64,000 nucleotides of DNA from an uncultured Parabacteroides sp. (GCA_964534355.1 CAZHNZ010000001.1:28059-92058), one strand, 5' to 3'. Counted from the first letter of the stretch, positions 9,070 to 18,707 are shown. Notes: generated from the letters alone by a model not told the origin. A program made the numbers and translations.

Positions 9070-10167
9070 TTACTGACACACTCGGCCACACACCTTGCGG
9101 CCGCGGTTGTCGGTAGCGACGAAGAGGAAGACGCCACCTGCGGGCAGCGCAAAGGCAGTGCCCGACTGCTGTAGCAACCTGATGCCCTGCATGTTGTAGA
9201 GCTGCAACTGCACAGGATTGGCAAAGAGCAACCTGCCGCCCACGTGGGTGTAGGGAATATCGCTTGCCGATACGGCAGATAGCTGCGTGGCGATGTTGGT
9301 GCTGAACGTACCATACGGATAGCTTGCTGTGGCCGTGGCTCTCGAAACCCAAAGCTTGTACACACCGGTGGTGAGGTTGAGCGATTTGGCCGCGCCGTTG
9401 CCCACAAAGCTGCTTGCCTCTGTCCATACACTATCGGGACTGCCGCTGCTGTATTTCATGAGCTTGTAACTTATGCCGTTTACGGTTGTCGGGAAACTTA
9501 GTGTTTTGGCGGTGGGGTTGAAGGTGGGTTTTTCTAGGATGGAAATGGTGTCTTTCGTATTTCCGCTGGTTAACCCTGAACCGTCAATTGTCCAACCTTG
9601 ATAAAAACCTTGACTTAATATTTTTACGCTATCAGTTTTACCTTGTGATATAGAAACGTTTGAATTCAAGTCTGTCCATTTATAATTCGCCATCCACGGT
9701 CCCGCACTCACCGTAGCACTACCACCGGCATTTACCCAGATAAAATCGGGACGCTTGCCGTAGGTGGCGGAGCCTATGGTGCGGTCGATGATGTCGGCTT
9801 GGTAGTTGACCTTTAGTGAAAAGCCATTTAAAAAAATATCATTTGAATATTTTCTGTAATTAACCAATATACTTCCATTGGACTCCATTTTCACAGTATC
9901 ACCTGAAAGCGTCAATCCTTTGTTGTTAACATAAAAAGAAACAGAACCTTTTACAAATTCAGCCAATGTAATATAGACCGGTTCTCCTGTCTTAACTGCT
10001 AAATAAAAATCACTTCCACTTGGCAAATCGGGTATCATGTATGGGTGAGCCTTAGTTCTGTAATAATCGGGGTCGATAACTGCGGAATTTTGCGCAAATG
10101 CGCTAAAAAGATTGGCCACGCCCACTAAAAAAAGGGTGGCGAAGAGACGAAGTGATGTTTTTTTCAT
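9070..10167 (-). CDS. Secreted beta-rich hypothetical protein with a probable T9SS C-terminal sorting domain
   Basis: Signal peptide MKKTSLRLFATLFLVGVANLFSAFA|Q; C-terminus LYNMQG...LPAGGVFLFV...RKV resembles a type A CTD. Confidence 0.7.
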   Translation of the reverse strand: MKKTSLRLFATLFLVGVANLFSAFAQNSAVIDPDYYRTKAHPYMIPDLPSGSDFYLAVKTGEPVYITLAEFVKGSVSFYVNNKGLTLSGDTVKMESNGSILVNYRKYSNDIFLNGFSLKVNYQADIIDRTIGSATYGKRPDFIWVNAGGSATVSAGPWMANYKWTDLNSNVSISQGKTDSVKILSQGFYQGWTIDGSGLTSGNTKDTISILEKPTFNPTAKTLSFPTTVNGISYKLMKYSSGSPDSVWTEASSFVGNGAAKSLNLTTGVYKLWVSRATATASYPYGTFSTNIATQLSAVSASDIPYTHVGGRLLFANPVQLQLYNMQGIRLLQQSGTAFALPAGGVFLFVATDNRGRKVCGRVCQ

Positions 10168-10235
10168 GTTGATTGCGGATGTGAGATTAAACAATTCGTT
10201 AATTGATGGTTGGATGTGCCCCACATCTTACGCAA

Positions 10236-10460
10236 GCCCGCTATCGGGCACAAAAAAAGCGTGGGACATTTAACTGTATCACGCATCTGAGGCCTTCGAC
10301 TGCCTAACTAGAATAATAAGTTAAAGCCCACGCCGTTTGGCGCAGGCGTTTACTAACTTATTCCTACTAGTTTTGAAATTGTCGAAGTTTCAGATGTGGG
10401 AATAAAAGCTAACGCTTTTGATAATATGTAAACCGGCTGTCGCTACGGCCGGGGTTTTTT
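10236..10460. ncRNA. Candidate structured non-coding RNA or attenuator-like element
   Basis: Five nested stems in 10282-10398, a competing pairing (10259-10275 with 10319-10333) next to an A7 run, and flanking hairpins. Confidence 0.6.
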
Positions 10461-10463
10461 AAG

Positions 10464-10967
10464 CTATTTATCATAAGCCAAATATCCGATTGGATTCATT
10501 GGCTTACTATTTTTTTCGTTTTGGCTTGCCATTTCTGTGAGAGCCTGATAGATTTCGCTAAATTGCATATTGGTTTCAATCATAAAATTCTCAATTTTTT
10601 GATTTAGCTCTGCGTATCCAAGTGCAAATTGACGTAAAGATACAAAAGCTCTTACAATCAATATGTTCACTTCAATAGCTTTTGTGCTATTTAACAAACC
10701 GGCGAGCATTGCAACACCATGCTCTGTAAAGGCATAGGGCAACTTTCGCGTTCCACCCCAACTTGATGTTCCATTTTGGAATATCAAGTCAAACTCTTCA
10801 TTTGTCAGCTGAAACATGAAATCGTCCGGAAATCGCTCGGCATTACGCTTGACTGCTTTGTTTAGGTTTCCGGTTGTAACGTCATACAGTATTGCAAGAT
10901 CTTTGTCGAGAATAACTTTTAATCCTCTTATTTCATGTATTTTGCTTTGTATGAGTTGCAATTCCAT
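10464..10967 (-). CDS. ORF6N domain-containing protein (antirepressor/KilA-associated DNA-binding family)
   Basis: IRGLKVILDKDLAILY, AVKRNAERFPDDFMFQL, PYAFTEHGVAML and terminal PIGY motifs; -7 element TACATTTG at 11041-11048 (minus). Confidence 0.93.
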   Translation of the reverse strand: MELQLIQSKIHEIRGLKVILDKDLAILYDVTTGNLNKAVKRNAERFPDDFMFQLTNEEFDLIFQNGTSSWGGTRKLPYAFTEHGVAMLAGLLNSTKAIEVNILIVRAFVSLRQFALGYAELNQKIENFMIETNMQFSEIYQALTEMASQNEKNSKPMNPIGYLAYDK

Positions 10968-11459
10968 AGTTTTTGTGAGTTATATCTGAACATCTCTCCT
11001 TTCAATAGAACTGAAAAGAATGGATGAATATTTCGTAGTGCAAATGTATAAATAATATTTTGATGTACAATGGGTTTGTATCAGGTGGTGTTTTTTTTTG
11101 TTTTTGGGGTGAGATGACGGTGGCATTGCATATTGCGGAGCCGTTACGAGTCTTTTTTGCTTACTCTCGATCTTTTGCAGTCGGCTGTGGGTTCTATACT
11201 TCTATCCTGAGTACAGAATCTAAAAGTATGGACTTGGATTTAGATTTTTGTCCTTCGATTAACAATCCAAATATTTGGTTAGACTACCTTCGCAAAAAAA
11301 AGTTACTCCCTTATATCTCTGCATTCGTACTAATTTTGACAAATAAAACTATTCTGTAAATTCAGTTTAGGAATCAGTAAATTTTTATGCATACACATCC
11401 CCCCATTTCTTGTTCTATAGTGTATCGATCAGGTTTGAGGTAAAAAATTAAAAAAACAG

Positions 11460-11500
11460 TGCAACCGATTGCGCAATTTCAAAATAAAATCCTATATTTG
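11460..11500 (+). promoter_or_regulatory. LacI-type palindromic operator overlapping the kdgK promoter
   Basis: TGCAACCGATTGCG (11460-11473) with central CG; -7 element TATATTTG at 11493-11500. Confidence 0.65.
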
Positions 11501-11535
11501 CAACCTCAATTATAAGCATATTAAACAATTACCAA

Positions 11536-12576
11536 ATGAAAAAAGTCGTTACTTTTGGAGAGATCATGTTGCGTCTGGCTACGCCGGGTTATCAGCGTTT
11601 TGTGCAGGCAACAGAGTTTACAGCTACTTATGGTGGGGGAGAGGCTAATGTGGCTGTCTCCCTGGCCAATTACGGTTTGAACGCCGAATTTATAACCCGT
11701 TTGCCAAAAAATGATATTGCGGCAGCCTGCTTATCGAGCCTGCACAAATACAGTGTGAAAACAAATAATGTCATTTATGGTGGCGATCGTCTGGGAATCT
11801 ATTTTCTCGAAACCGGTGCTGTGGCACGTGCCAGCAAGGTGGTGTACGACCGCGCAAACTCTTCTATTGCCGAAATCAAACCGGGTATGGTCAATTGGAG
11901 AGAGGTGTTTCAGGATGCGGAATGGTTTCACTGGACCGGTATTACTCCCGCTCTTTCTCAGGGTGCAGCTGATGCTTGTCTCGAGGCTATACAAGTGGCC
12001 AACGAGATGGGGGTGACTGTCTCTACCGACCTTAATTTTCGCAAGAATCTTTGGAAATACGGCAAAAAAGCCTCGGAAGTAATGCCCGCTCTCGTAGCTG
12101 GTTGCGATGTTATTCTGGGTAACGAAGAGGATGCCGAAATGGTGTTTGGTATCAAACCCGAAGGCTTCGACGTAGCCCATACCGGTGGCGAAGTGAATGC
12201 AACCGAATTTGAGTCGGTTTGTACGCAGATGATGGCGCGTTTCCCCCGTGCGAAAAAAGTAATTATCACGTTGCGCGGATCTATCAACGCCAACCACAAT
12301 ACCTGGGGTGGCGTGCTCTATGCCGATGGAAAACTGTTTGAATCCAAAAGATACGATATTACCCACATTGTCGATCGTGTTGGGGGGGGAGACTCCTTTA
12401 TGGGTGGACTTATCTATGGCCTGATTTCGTACCCGGGCGACGACCAGAAAGCCCTTGAATTTGCTGTAGCTGCTTCGTGCCTGAAGCACACTATTTATGG
12501 AGACTTCAACCTGGTCACTGTAGATGAAGTAGAGAAACTGATGGGTGGTGATGCCTCCGGTCGTGTTTCCCGTTGA
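11536..12576 (+). CDS. kdgK: 2-keto-3-deoxygluconate kinase (PfkB family)
   Basis: FGEIMLRL, GGGEANVA and DRVGGGDSF motifs; adjacent to eda. Confidence 0.92.
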   Translation: MKKVVTFGEIMLRLATPGYQRFVQATEFTATYGGGEANVAVSLANYGLNAEFITRLPKNDIAAACLSSLHKYSVKTNNVIYGGDRLGIYFLETGAVARASKVVYDRANSSIAEIKPGMVNWREVFQDAEWFHWTGITPALSQGAADACLEAIQVANEMGVTVSTDLNFRKNLWKYGKKASEVMPALVAGCDVILGNEEDAEMVFGIKPEGFDVAHTGGEVNATEFESVCTQMMARFPRAKKVIITLRGSINANHNTWGGVLYADGKLFESKRYDITHIVDRVGGGDSFMGGLIYGLISYPGDDQKALEFAVAASCLKHTIYGDFNLVTVDEVEKLMGGDASGRVSR

Positions 12577-12614
12577 TCATTTGGAGTTAGTCATTTAAAT
12601 AAATCAAATTAGAC

Positions 12615-13280
12615 ATGCGTTTCAATAAATTTCAAGTGATAACTGCCATGGCCGAAACCGGTATGGTACCTGTGTTTTACCACAAAGATGTGGCAGTGGC
12701 CAAAAATGTGGTGAAAGCCTGTTACGATGGTGGTGTTCGTGTTTTCGAATTTACCAATCGTGCCGATTTTGCCCACGAGGTGTTTGGTGAGCTGGTTAAA
12801 TTTGCTGCCAAAGAGTGTCCCGATATGATTATGGGTATTGGCTCTGTGGTCGATCCGGCAACAGCCGCACTTTACATTCAGTTGGGTGCCAATTTTATTG
12901 TTGGTCCGTTGTTCAATCCCGAAGTAGCCAAAGTGGCCAATCGTCGTCTGATTCCCTATTCACCGGGCTGTGGGTCGGTCTCTGAAGTCGGATTTGCACA
13001 GGAAATGGGTTGCGATGTTTGCAAGGTTTTCCCCGGCGATGTGTTGGGTGCATCCTTCGTGAAAGGCCTCAAAGCGCCTATGCCGTGGTCTAATCTGATG
13101 GTGACCGGTGGTGTGAAGCCCGAAGAGGCCAACCTCAAAGGCTGGTTCGATGCCGGAGTAACCTGTGTGGGTATGGGTTCCAATCTCTTCCCCGCAGCCG
13201 ATATCAAAGCCGAAAACTGGGGTGCAATTACAGATTTGTGCAAGAGTGCGCTGGCGATTATTCAAAAAGTAAAAAACTGA
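12615..13280 (+). CDS. eda: KDPG/KHG aldolase
   Basis: FEFTNR, GIGSV, CKVFPG and VTGGV motifs. Confidence 0.92.
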   Translation: MRFNKFQVITAMAETGMVPVFYHKDVAVAKNVVKACYDGGVRVFEFTNRADFAHEVFGELVKFAAKECPDMIMGIGSVVDPATAALYIQLGANFIVGPLFNPEVAKVANRRLIPYSPGCGSVSEVGFAQEMGCDVCKVFPGDVLGASFVKGLKAPMPWSNLMVTGGVKPEEANLKGWFDAGVTCVGMGSNLFPAADIKAENWGAITDLCKSALAIIQKVKN

Positions 13281-13301
13281 TTTGCATTATAATAATTAAC
13301 T

Positions 13302-14825
13302 ATGAATAACACAAAAGACGTTCCGTCAATTGGAAAATATCGCTGGATAATTGCTGCGTTATTATTGTTCTCTACGACCATTAATTACATGGATCGGAAT
13401 GTAATCGGGTTTCTGAAGGACTATTTTTGTTCTGCAGAGGGTTTTGGATGGTCTTCGTCTGAATATTCGAATTTAACCTCTGTCTTTACAGCTTTTTATG
13501 CCGGTTTTACATTGGTAGCCGGCTGGATTATAGATAAGGTAGGGACAAAGGTGGGCCTTGCGGCATCTTTAATTGTTTGGTCCTTTGCCGGTATGGCCAG
13601 TTCATTGATGGGTAAAACTCTGTTTTGGCACTGTGCTGCACGTAGTATATTTGGAGCCGGTGAAGCCGGAAACTTTCCTGCTTCTATAAAGGCGGTTGCA
13701 GAATGGTTTCCCAAGCGTGAAAGAGCTCTGGCCACGGGGATATTTAATTCTGGGTCAAATATTGGCGCAATGATTTGTGCTATTTTTGTGCCATGGGCTT
13801 TGCTTACCTGGGGTGATGGACGGGAGTTTTTGGGGCAATTGCACGGATGGCAAATGGCCTTTATTTTAACCGGTCTGATCGGATTCCTTTGGCTTTTCTT
13901 TTGGCAGATTTTCTATTCGTCGCCCAAAAAGATGCTGGCAAAAGGTAAGATTTCGCAAGCCGAATACGATTATATTCACAGTGAGGATGAGCCGGTAGTT
14001 GAAGCCATAGCCGGTGCGCCCAAAGAGAAGGTTTCGTGGTTTAAAATGCTTACCTACAAACAGACCTGGGCTTTTATTGCCGGTAAATTCATGACCGATG
14101 GTATTTGGTGGTTTTTATTATTCTGGTTGCCGACCTACGTCAAGCAGCAGTTTTGTGATGGACTGAGCAAAGAGACAACCGCTAGTTATGTGATGATTTC
14201 CAATTTTGTGGTCTTTGGAATTGCGATTATTGGTTCTGTGTATGGCGGATCTATCCCTATGTCGTTTATGAAAAGAGGGTGGCAAACATACAAAGCGCGA
14301 ATGACAGCTATGTTGTTGATTGCGATTGTTCCGACTGCCTTGCTGAGTACGCAGTATATGGCTGGGTTTGGTATTGTGGCGGCTATTGCAGTGATTAGTC
14401 TGGGTGGTGCAGCGCATCAGGCCTGGTCTGCAAATTTGTTTACAACAGTTTCTGATATGTTTCCAAAGAAATCAGTTGCAACTGTTACCGGTATTGGGGC
14501 TGCATTTGGGGGGCTTGGTGGCGTTTTTATGCAGCAGTTGGCAGGACGCCTCGAGGATTATTATCGTGGTGTTGGTGTTGGTCTGGCTAAAGCACAGGGC
14601 TTAATTCAGGAGACAGTTGCTTTACCCCTTGATAAGATTAAAATGGACAACCTCAAAGAGGTCGTTTCTGATCCCGCCCTTCTCGGGCAAGCTAAATTGT
14701 TAGTTTCAGGTAATGTTTCTCACGCTTATGGTATCATGTTTGCATTATGTGCGTTCTCTTATCTTATAGCATGGGTGATTATGAAAATATTGGTGCCTAA
14801 GCATACGCCGATTACAGATTTATAA
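13302..14825 (+). CDS. exuT: MFS hexuronate transporter (ExuT-like)
   Basis: INYMDR, EAGNFP, AEWFPKRERALATGIFNSG and AHQAWSAN motifs; follows kdgK-eda. Confidence 0.85.
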   Translation: MNNTKDVPSIGKYRWIIAALLLFSTTINYMDRNVIGFLKDYFCSAEGFGWSSSEYSNLTSVFTAFYAGFTLVAGWIIDKVGTKVGLAASLIVWSFAGMASSLMGKTLFWHCAARSIFGAGEAGNFPASIKAVAEWFPKRERALATGIFNSGSNIGAMICAIFVPWALLTWGDGREFLGQLHGWQMAFILTGLIGFLWLFFWQIFYSSPKKMLAKGKISQAEYDYIHSEDEPVVEAIAGAPKEKVSWFKMLTYKQTWAFIAGKFMTDGIWWFLLFWLPTYVKQQFCDGLSKETTASYVMISNFVVFGIAIIGSVYGGSIPMSFMKRGWQTYKARMTAMLLIAIVPTALLSTQYMAGFGIVAAIAVISLGGAAHQAWSANLFTTVSDMFPKKSVATVTGIGAAFGGLGGVFMQQLAGRLEDYYRGVGVGLAKAQGLIQETVALPLDKIKMDNLKEVVSDPALLGQAKLLVSGNVSHAYGIMFALCAFSYLIAWVIMKILVPKHTPITDL

Positions 14826-14847
14826 TTTTTGAAATAAATAATTTTGA

Positions 14848-14878
14848 GGGTGCGGATTATTTTCGCACCTTTTTTTTT
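14848..14878 (+). terminator. Intrinsic terminator
   Basis: gggtgcgga-ttatt-ttcgcacct followed by a long T run. Confidence 0.85.
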
Positions 14879-14951
14879 GTGTTTTACCGTGTTTGTTGCA
14901 TAGAATGATTAATTTTGACCTCAATTTGTAAAAACAAAAACAGAAATAATT

Positions 14952-15248
14952 ATGAGTGATAATTTAGAATTTAATATGAGTGAAGAGATTGCTCAGGGCG
15001 AGTATGCTAATTTAGTTGTTATTACACATTCCAGTGCTGAGTTTATACTGGATTTTATTAGAATGTTACCCAATGTCGAAAAACCGGTTGTGAAGTCCAG
15101 AGTTATCCTCGGCCCTGAAAATGCAAAACGTTTTTTGATGGCAATGGATGATAATATCCGAAAATACGAATCGAAATACGGTAAAATCACGCTGTATGAT
15201 GAGGACGGTATGGTACCTCCTATTATCGGGCGTGGAGGAAAGGCTTAA
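14952..15248 (+). CDS. DUF3467 family protein
   Basis: GEYANLVVITHSSAEFILDF...SRVILGPENAKR pattern; located upstream of rpsL. Confidence 0.85.
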   Translation: MSDNLEFNMSEEIAQGEYANLVVITHSSAEFILDFIRMLPNVEKPVVKSRVILGPENAKRFLMAMDDNIRKYESKYGKITLYDEDGMVPPIIGRGGKA

Positions 15249-15333
15249 TGAGGAAAAGCTCTTATGTGAGTGTGGGCTAAACCTCTGGGAATCTTAATAA
15301 TTCAAAAAAGTTGCAGGATACAGGAAAAATAGC

Positions 15334-15414
15334 TATCTTTGCACCGTTTTTCGGCGAAGAAGTAGAATATTTTCGGTTAATGTGTTGATTATTCGAAAAT
15401 AATGCCTATTTTTG
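15334..15414 (+). promoter_or_regulatory. Tandem sigma-A -7 elements for the ribosomal superoperon
   Basis: TATCTTTG (15334-15341) and TATTTTTG (15407-15414). Confidence 0.6.
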
Positions 15415-15476
15415 CCGTCCGTTTTGTAATATAGTTATAAAGTATAAATAATCAAAGTTTTTAAAGTTCTAAAGAA

Positions 15477-15899
15477 ATGCCTACAATTCAGCAATTAGTT
15501 AGAAAGGGAAGAGAGAGCTTGGTGGATAAAAGTAAGGCTCCCGCACTTGATTCATGTCCGCAAAGACGTGGAGTTTGTGTGAGAGTATATACTACTACTC
15601 CTAAAAAGCCGAACTCGGCAATGCGTAAAGTTGCCCGTGTACGTTTAACCAACGGAAAAGAGGTGAACTCTTACATCCCGGGTGAAGGCCACAACTTGCA
15701 AGAGCACTCGATCGTTTTGGTTCGTGGTGGTCGTGTAAAAGACCTTCCGGGTGTACGTTACCACATCGTACGCGGTACATTAGATACAGCAGGTGTTGTG
15801 AAACGTACTCAAAGACGTTCTAAGTACGGCGCAAAACGTCCGAAACCAGGTCAACCCGCTGTAGCAGCTAAAGGTGCTCCCGCTAAAAAGAAAAAGTAA
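15477..15899 (+). CDS. rpsL: 30S ribosomal protein S12
   Basis: [17 protein letters not shown] and [12 protein letters not shown] motifs. Confidence 0.99.
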   Translation: MPTIQQLVRKGRESLVDKSKAPALDSCPQRRGVCVRVYTTTPKKPNSAMRKVARVRLTNGKEVNSYIPGEGHNLQEHSIVLVRGGRVKDLPGVRYHIVRGTLDTAGVVKRTQRRSKYGAKRPKPGQPAVAAKGAPAKKKK

Positions 15900-16050
15900 A
15901 AAATCCTAAGCAAGAGATTGAAATTTAATTAGTTAATAACTAATTTGAGTTTTTGATAGGCTCGCAAGGTTGAGTAAATGAACCCGGAGGGGGGATTTGA
16001 AGATTAATCAAAACAAAGCAACCCAAACAAGAACATTATTTTTTGAAAAA

Positions 16051-16527
16051 ATGAGAAAAGCAAAACCTAAGAAAAGGCTGGTCCTCCCGGATCCCGTCTT
16101 TAGTGATGTTAAGGTTACAAAATTTGTAAACCACCTGATGTTCGACGGCAAAAAAAGCGTCGCATACACTATTTTCTATACTGCTCTTGAAAATGTTAAG
16201 GCTAAAATGCCTAACGAAGCACTCTCTTCTCTCGAAATCTGGAAAAAAGCCCTCGAGAATGTTACACCTCAGGTAGAGGTTAAATCTCGTCGTGTGGGTG
16301 GTTCTACTTTCCAGGTACCTACTGAAATTCGTCCCGATCGTAAAGAATCCATTTCAATGAAAAATCTGATCCTCTACTCACGTAAGAGGGGTGGAAAAAC
16401 TATGGCTGATAAGTTGGCTGCAGAGATTATGGATGCATTCAACAATCAGGGTGGTTCGTACAAACGTAAAGAGGATATGCACAGAATGGCTGAAGCTAAT
16501 CGTGCGTTTGCCCACTTCAGATTTTAA
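16051..16527 (+). CDS. rpsG: 30S ribosomal protein S7
   Basis: VKSRRVGG and [13 protein letters not shown]; start at MRKAK. Confidence 0.98.
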   Translation: MRKAKPKKRLVLPDPVFSDVKVTKFVNHLMFDGKKSVAYTIFYTALENVKAKMPNEALSSLEIWKKALENVTPQVEVKSRRVGGSTFQVPTEIRPDRKESISMKNLILYSRKRGGKTMADKLAAEIMDAFNNQGGSYKRKEDMHRMAEANRAFAHFRF

Positions 16528-16558
16528 TTAGTTTATTTAAGGAAAAAAGATTATAAAG

Positions 16559-18682
16559 ATGGCTGCATCAGATCAAAACTTAAAATATACGAGAAATATC
16601 GGTATCATGGCGCATATCGATGCCGGTAAAACGACCACTTCTGAGCGTATCTTGTTCTACACCGGATTGTCTCACAAGATTGGTGAGGTACACGATGGTG
16701 CCGCTACAATGGACTGGATGGAGCAAGAGAAAGAGCGTGGTATCACAATCACATCTGCTGCAACTACTACCAGCTGGAAATACAAAGGCGAAAAGTATAA
16801 AATGAACCTGATTGACACTCCGGGTCACGTGGATTTTACCGTTGAGGTAGAGCGTTCACTCCGTGTGTTAGATGGTGCTGTGGCTACTTTTTGTGCTGTA
16901 GGTGGTGTTGAGCCTCAGTCTGAGACTGTATGGCGTCAGGCCGACAAATATAACGTTCCCCGTGTTGGTTACGTAAATAAAATGGACCGTTCCGGAGCTA
17001 ACTTCTTCGAAGTGGTTCGTCAAATGAAAGATATGTTGGGCGCTAACCCTTGTCCTATTCAGATTCCAATCGGATCAGAAGAGACATTCAAAGGGGTTGT
17101 CGATTTGATCAACATGAAAGCTATCTTGTGGCACGATGAATCGATGGGTGCTGATTACTCTATCGAGGAAGTTCCTGCTGATGTATTGGCTGAAGCTGAA
17201 GAGTGGAGAGGTAAAATGCTCGAAACTATTGCCGAATTTGATGATGTTTTGATGGAAAAATTCTTTGATGATCCATCAACTATCACTGAAGAGGAAATTC
17301 TTAGCGCATTGCGTAAAGGCACAATTTCGATGTCTATTACTCCAATGACTCTTGGTTCGTCTTTCAAAAATAAAGGTGTTCAAACATTACTTGATGCCGT
17401 TTGCGCTTTCTTAGGTAGCCCGCTGGATAATCCGCCTATTGAAGGATATGATCCTCGCAATCCTGAGACTGTATTGGTGCGTAAACCCTCATCAGATGAG
17501 CCTATGTCTGCATTGGCATTTAAGATTGCAACTGACCCATTCGTAGGTCGTTTGTGCTTCTTCAGAGTTTACTCTGGTCAAATTGATGCAGGTTCGTATG
17601 TTTACAACTCTCGTTCAGATAAAAAAGAGCGTATTTCCCGCTTGTTCCAAATGCACTCTAACAAACAAAATCCGAAAGAATTTATTGGTTGTGGTGATAT
17701 TGGTGCAGGTGTAGGATTCAAAGATATCCGTACCGGTGATACTTTGTGCGACGAAACTAATCCGATTGTACTTGAGTCTATGGATTTCCCTGAGCCCGTT
17801 ATCGGTATTTCTGTTGAGCCTAAAACTCAGAAAGATTTGGATAAAATGGGTATTGGTTTGGGTAAACTGGCCGAAGAGGATCCAACTTTCCGTGTTCAAA
17901 CAAATCAGGATACTGGTCAAACTATTATTTCGGGTATGGGTGAGCTTCACCTTGAGATCATTATCGACCGTCTGCGTCGTGAGTTCAAGGTAGAGTGTAA
18001 CCAGGGTCGTCCTCAGGTTTCTTACAAAGAGGCTATCACTAAAACTGTTGAGTTGCGTGAGGTTTACAAGAAACAATCAGGTGGTCGTGGTAAATTTGCC
18101 GATATCATTGTTAAAGTTGGTCCGGTTGACGAAGGATTTGAAGGTTCACTGCAATTTATTGACGAAGTAAAAGGTGGTCACATTCCGAAAGAATTTATTC
18201 CTTCTATTCAAAAAGGATTTGCAAATGCGATGAAGAATGGTGTATTGGCCGGTTATGTTGTTGATCAGTTGAAAGTTGTTGTAATAGACGGTTCTTTCCA
18301 CGCGGTTGACTCGGATCAGTTGTCATTCGAAATTTGTGCGAACCTTGCATTTAAGGAAGCTTGCAAAAAAGCAGGTCCTGTTCTTTTAGAGCCTATCATG
18401 AAAGTTGAGGTTGTAACCCCGGAAGAAAACATGGGTGATATTATCTCTGACTTAAACAAACGTCGTGGTCAGGTTGAAGGAATGGAATCAAGCCGTTCAG
18501 GAGCTCGTATCGTTAAAGCTAAAACACCTCTTTCAGAAATGTTTGGGTATGTGACTACTTTGCGTACTATCTCTTCGGGTCGTGCAACTTCGACCATGTC
18601 TTTCTCTCATTATTCTGAAGTTTCAACATCGATTGCAAAACAGGTGTTGGCAGAAGTGGGTGGTAAAGAAGAACTTTTATAA
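16559..18682 (+). CDS. fusA: Elongation factor G
   Basis: [21 protein letters not shown] and GMGELHL motifs. Confidence 0.99.
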   Translation: MAASDQNLKYTRNIGIMAHIDAGKTTTSERILFYTGLSHKIGEVHDGAATMDWMEQEKERGITITSAATTTSWKYKGEKYKMNLIDTPGHVDFTVEVERSLRVLDGAVATFCAVGGVEPQSETVWRQADKYNVPRVGYVNKMDRSGANFFEVVRQMKDMLGANPCPIQIPIGSEETFKGVVDLINMKAILWHDESMGADYSIEEVPADVLAEAEEWRGKMLETIAEFDDVLMEKFFDDPSTITEEEILSALRKGTISMSITPMTLGSSFKNKGVQTLLDAVCAFLGSPLDNPPIEGYDPRNPETVLVRKPSSDEPMSALAFKIATDPFVGRLCFFRVYSGQIDAGSYVYNSRSDKKERISRLFQMHSNKQNPKEFIGCGDIGAGVGFKDIRTGDTLCDETNPIVLESMDFPEPVIGISVEPKTQKDLDKMGIGLGKLAEEDPTFRVQTNQDTGQTIISGMGELHLEIIIDRLRREFKVECNQGRPQVSYKEAITKTVELREVYKKQSGGRGKFADIIVKVGPVDEGFEGSLQFIDEVKGGHIPKEFIPSIQKGFANAMKNGVLAGYVVDQLKVVVIDGSFHAVDSDQLSFEICANLAFKEACKKAGPVLLEPIMKVEVVTPEENMGDIISDLNKRRGQVEGMESSRSGARIVKAKTPLSEMFGYVTTLRTISSGRATSTMSFSHYSEVSTSIAKQVLAEVGGKEELL

Positions 18683-18707
18683 GTAAATATTGAAACAAGT
18701 AAAAGAT

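Noticed and set aside
9070..10460. Diversity-generating retroelement as the cause of the mosaic gene
   Set aside because: No reverse transcriptase and no template/variable repeat pair differing at adenines were seen in the window.
11060..11359. 99-aa + strand ORF in the ORF6N-kdgK spacer
   Set aside because: TTG start, runs through a long T tract, no motif or translation-initiation context; not called as a CDS.
9070..11450. Prophage or IS call for the ORF6N islet
   Set aside because: No integrase, transposase, structural genes, terminal inverted repeats or target duplication were seen.
18683..18707. No tuf between fusA and rpsJ; no adk between secY and map
   Set aside because: This is the usual Bacteroidetes arrangement of the superoperon.
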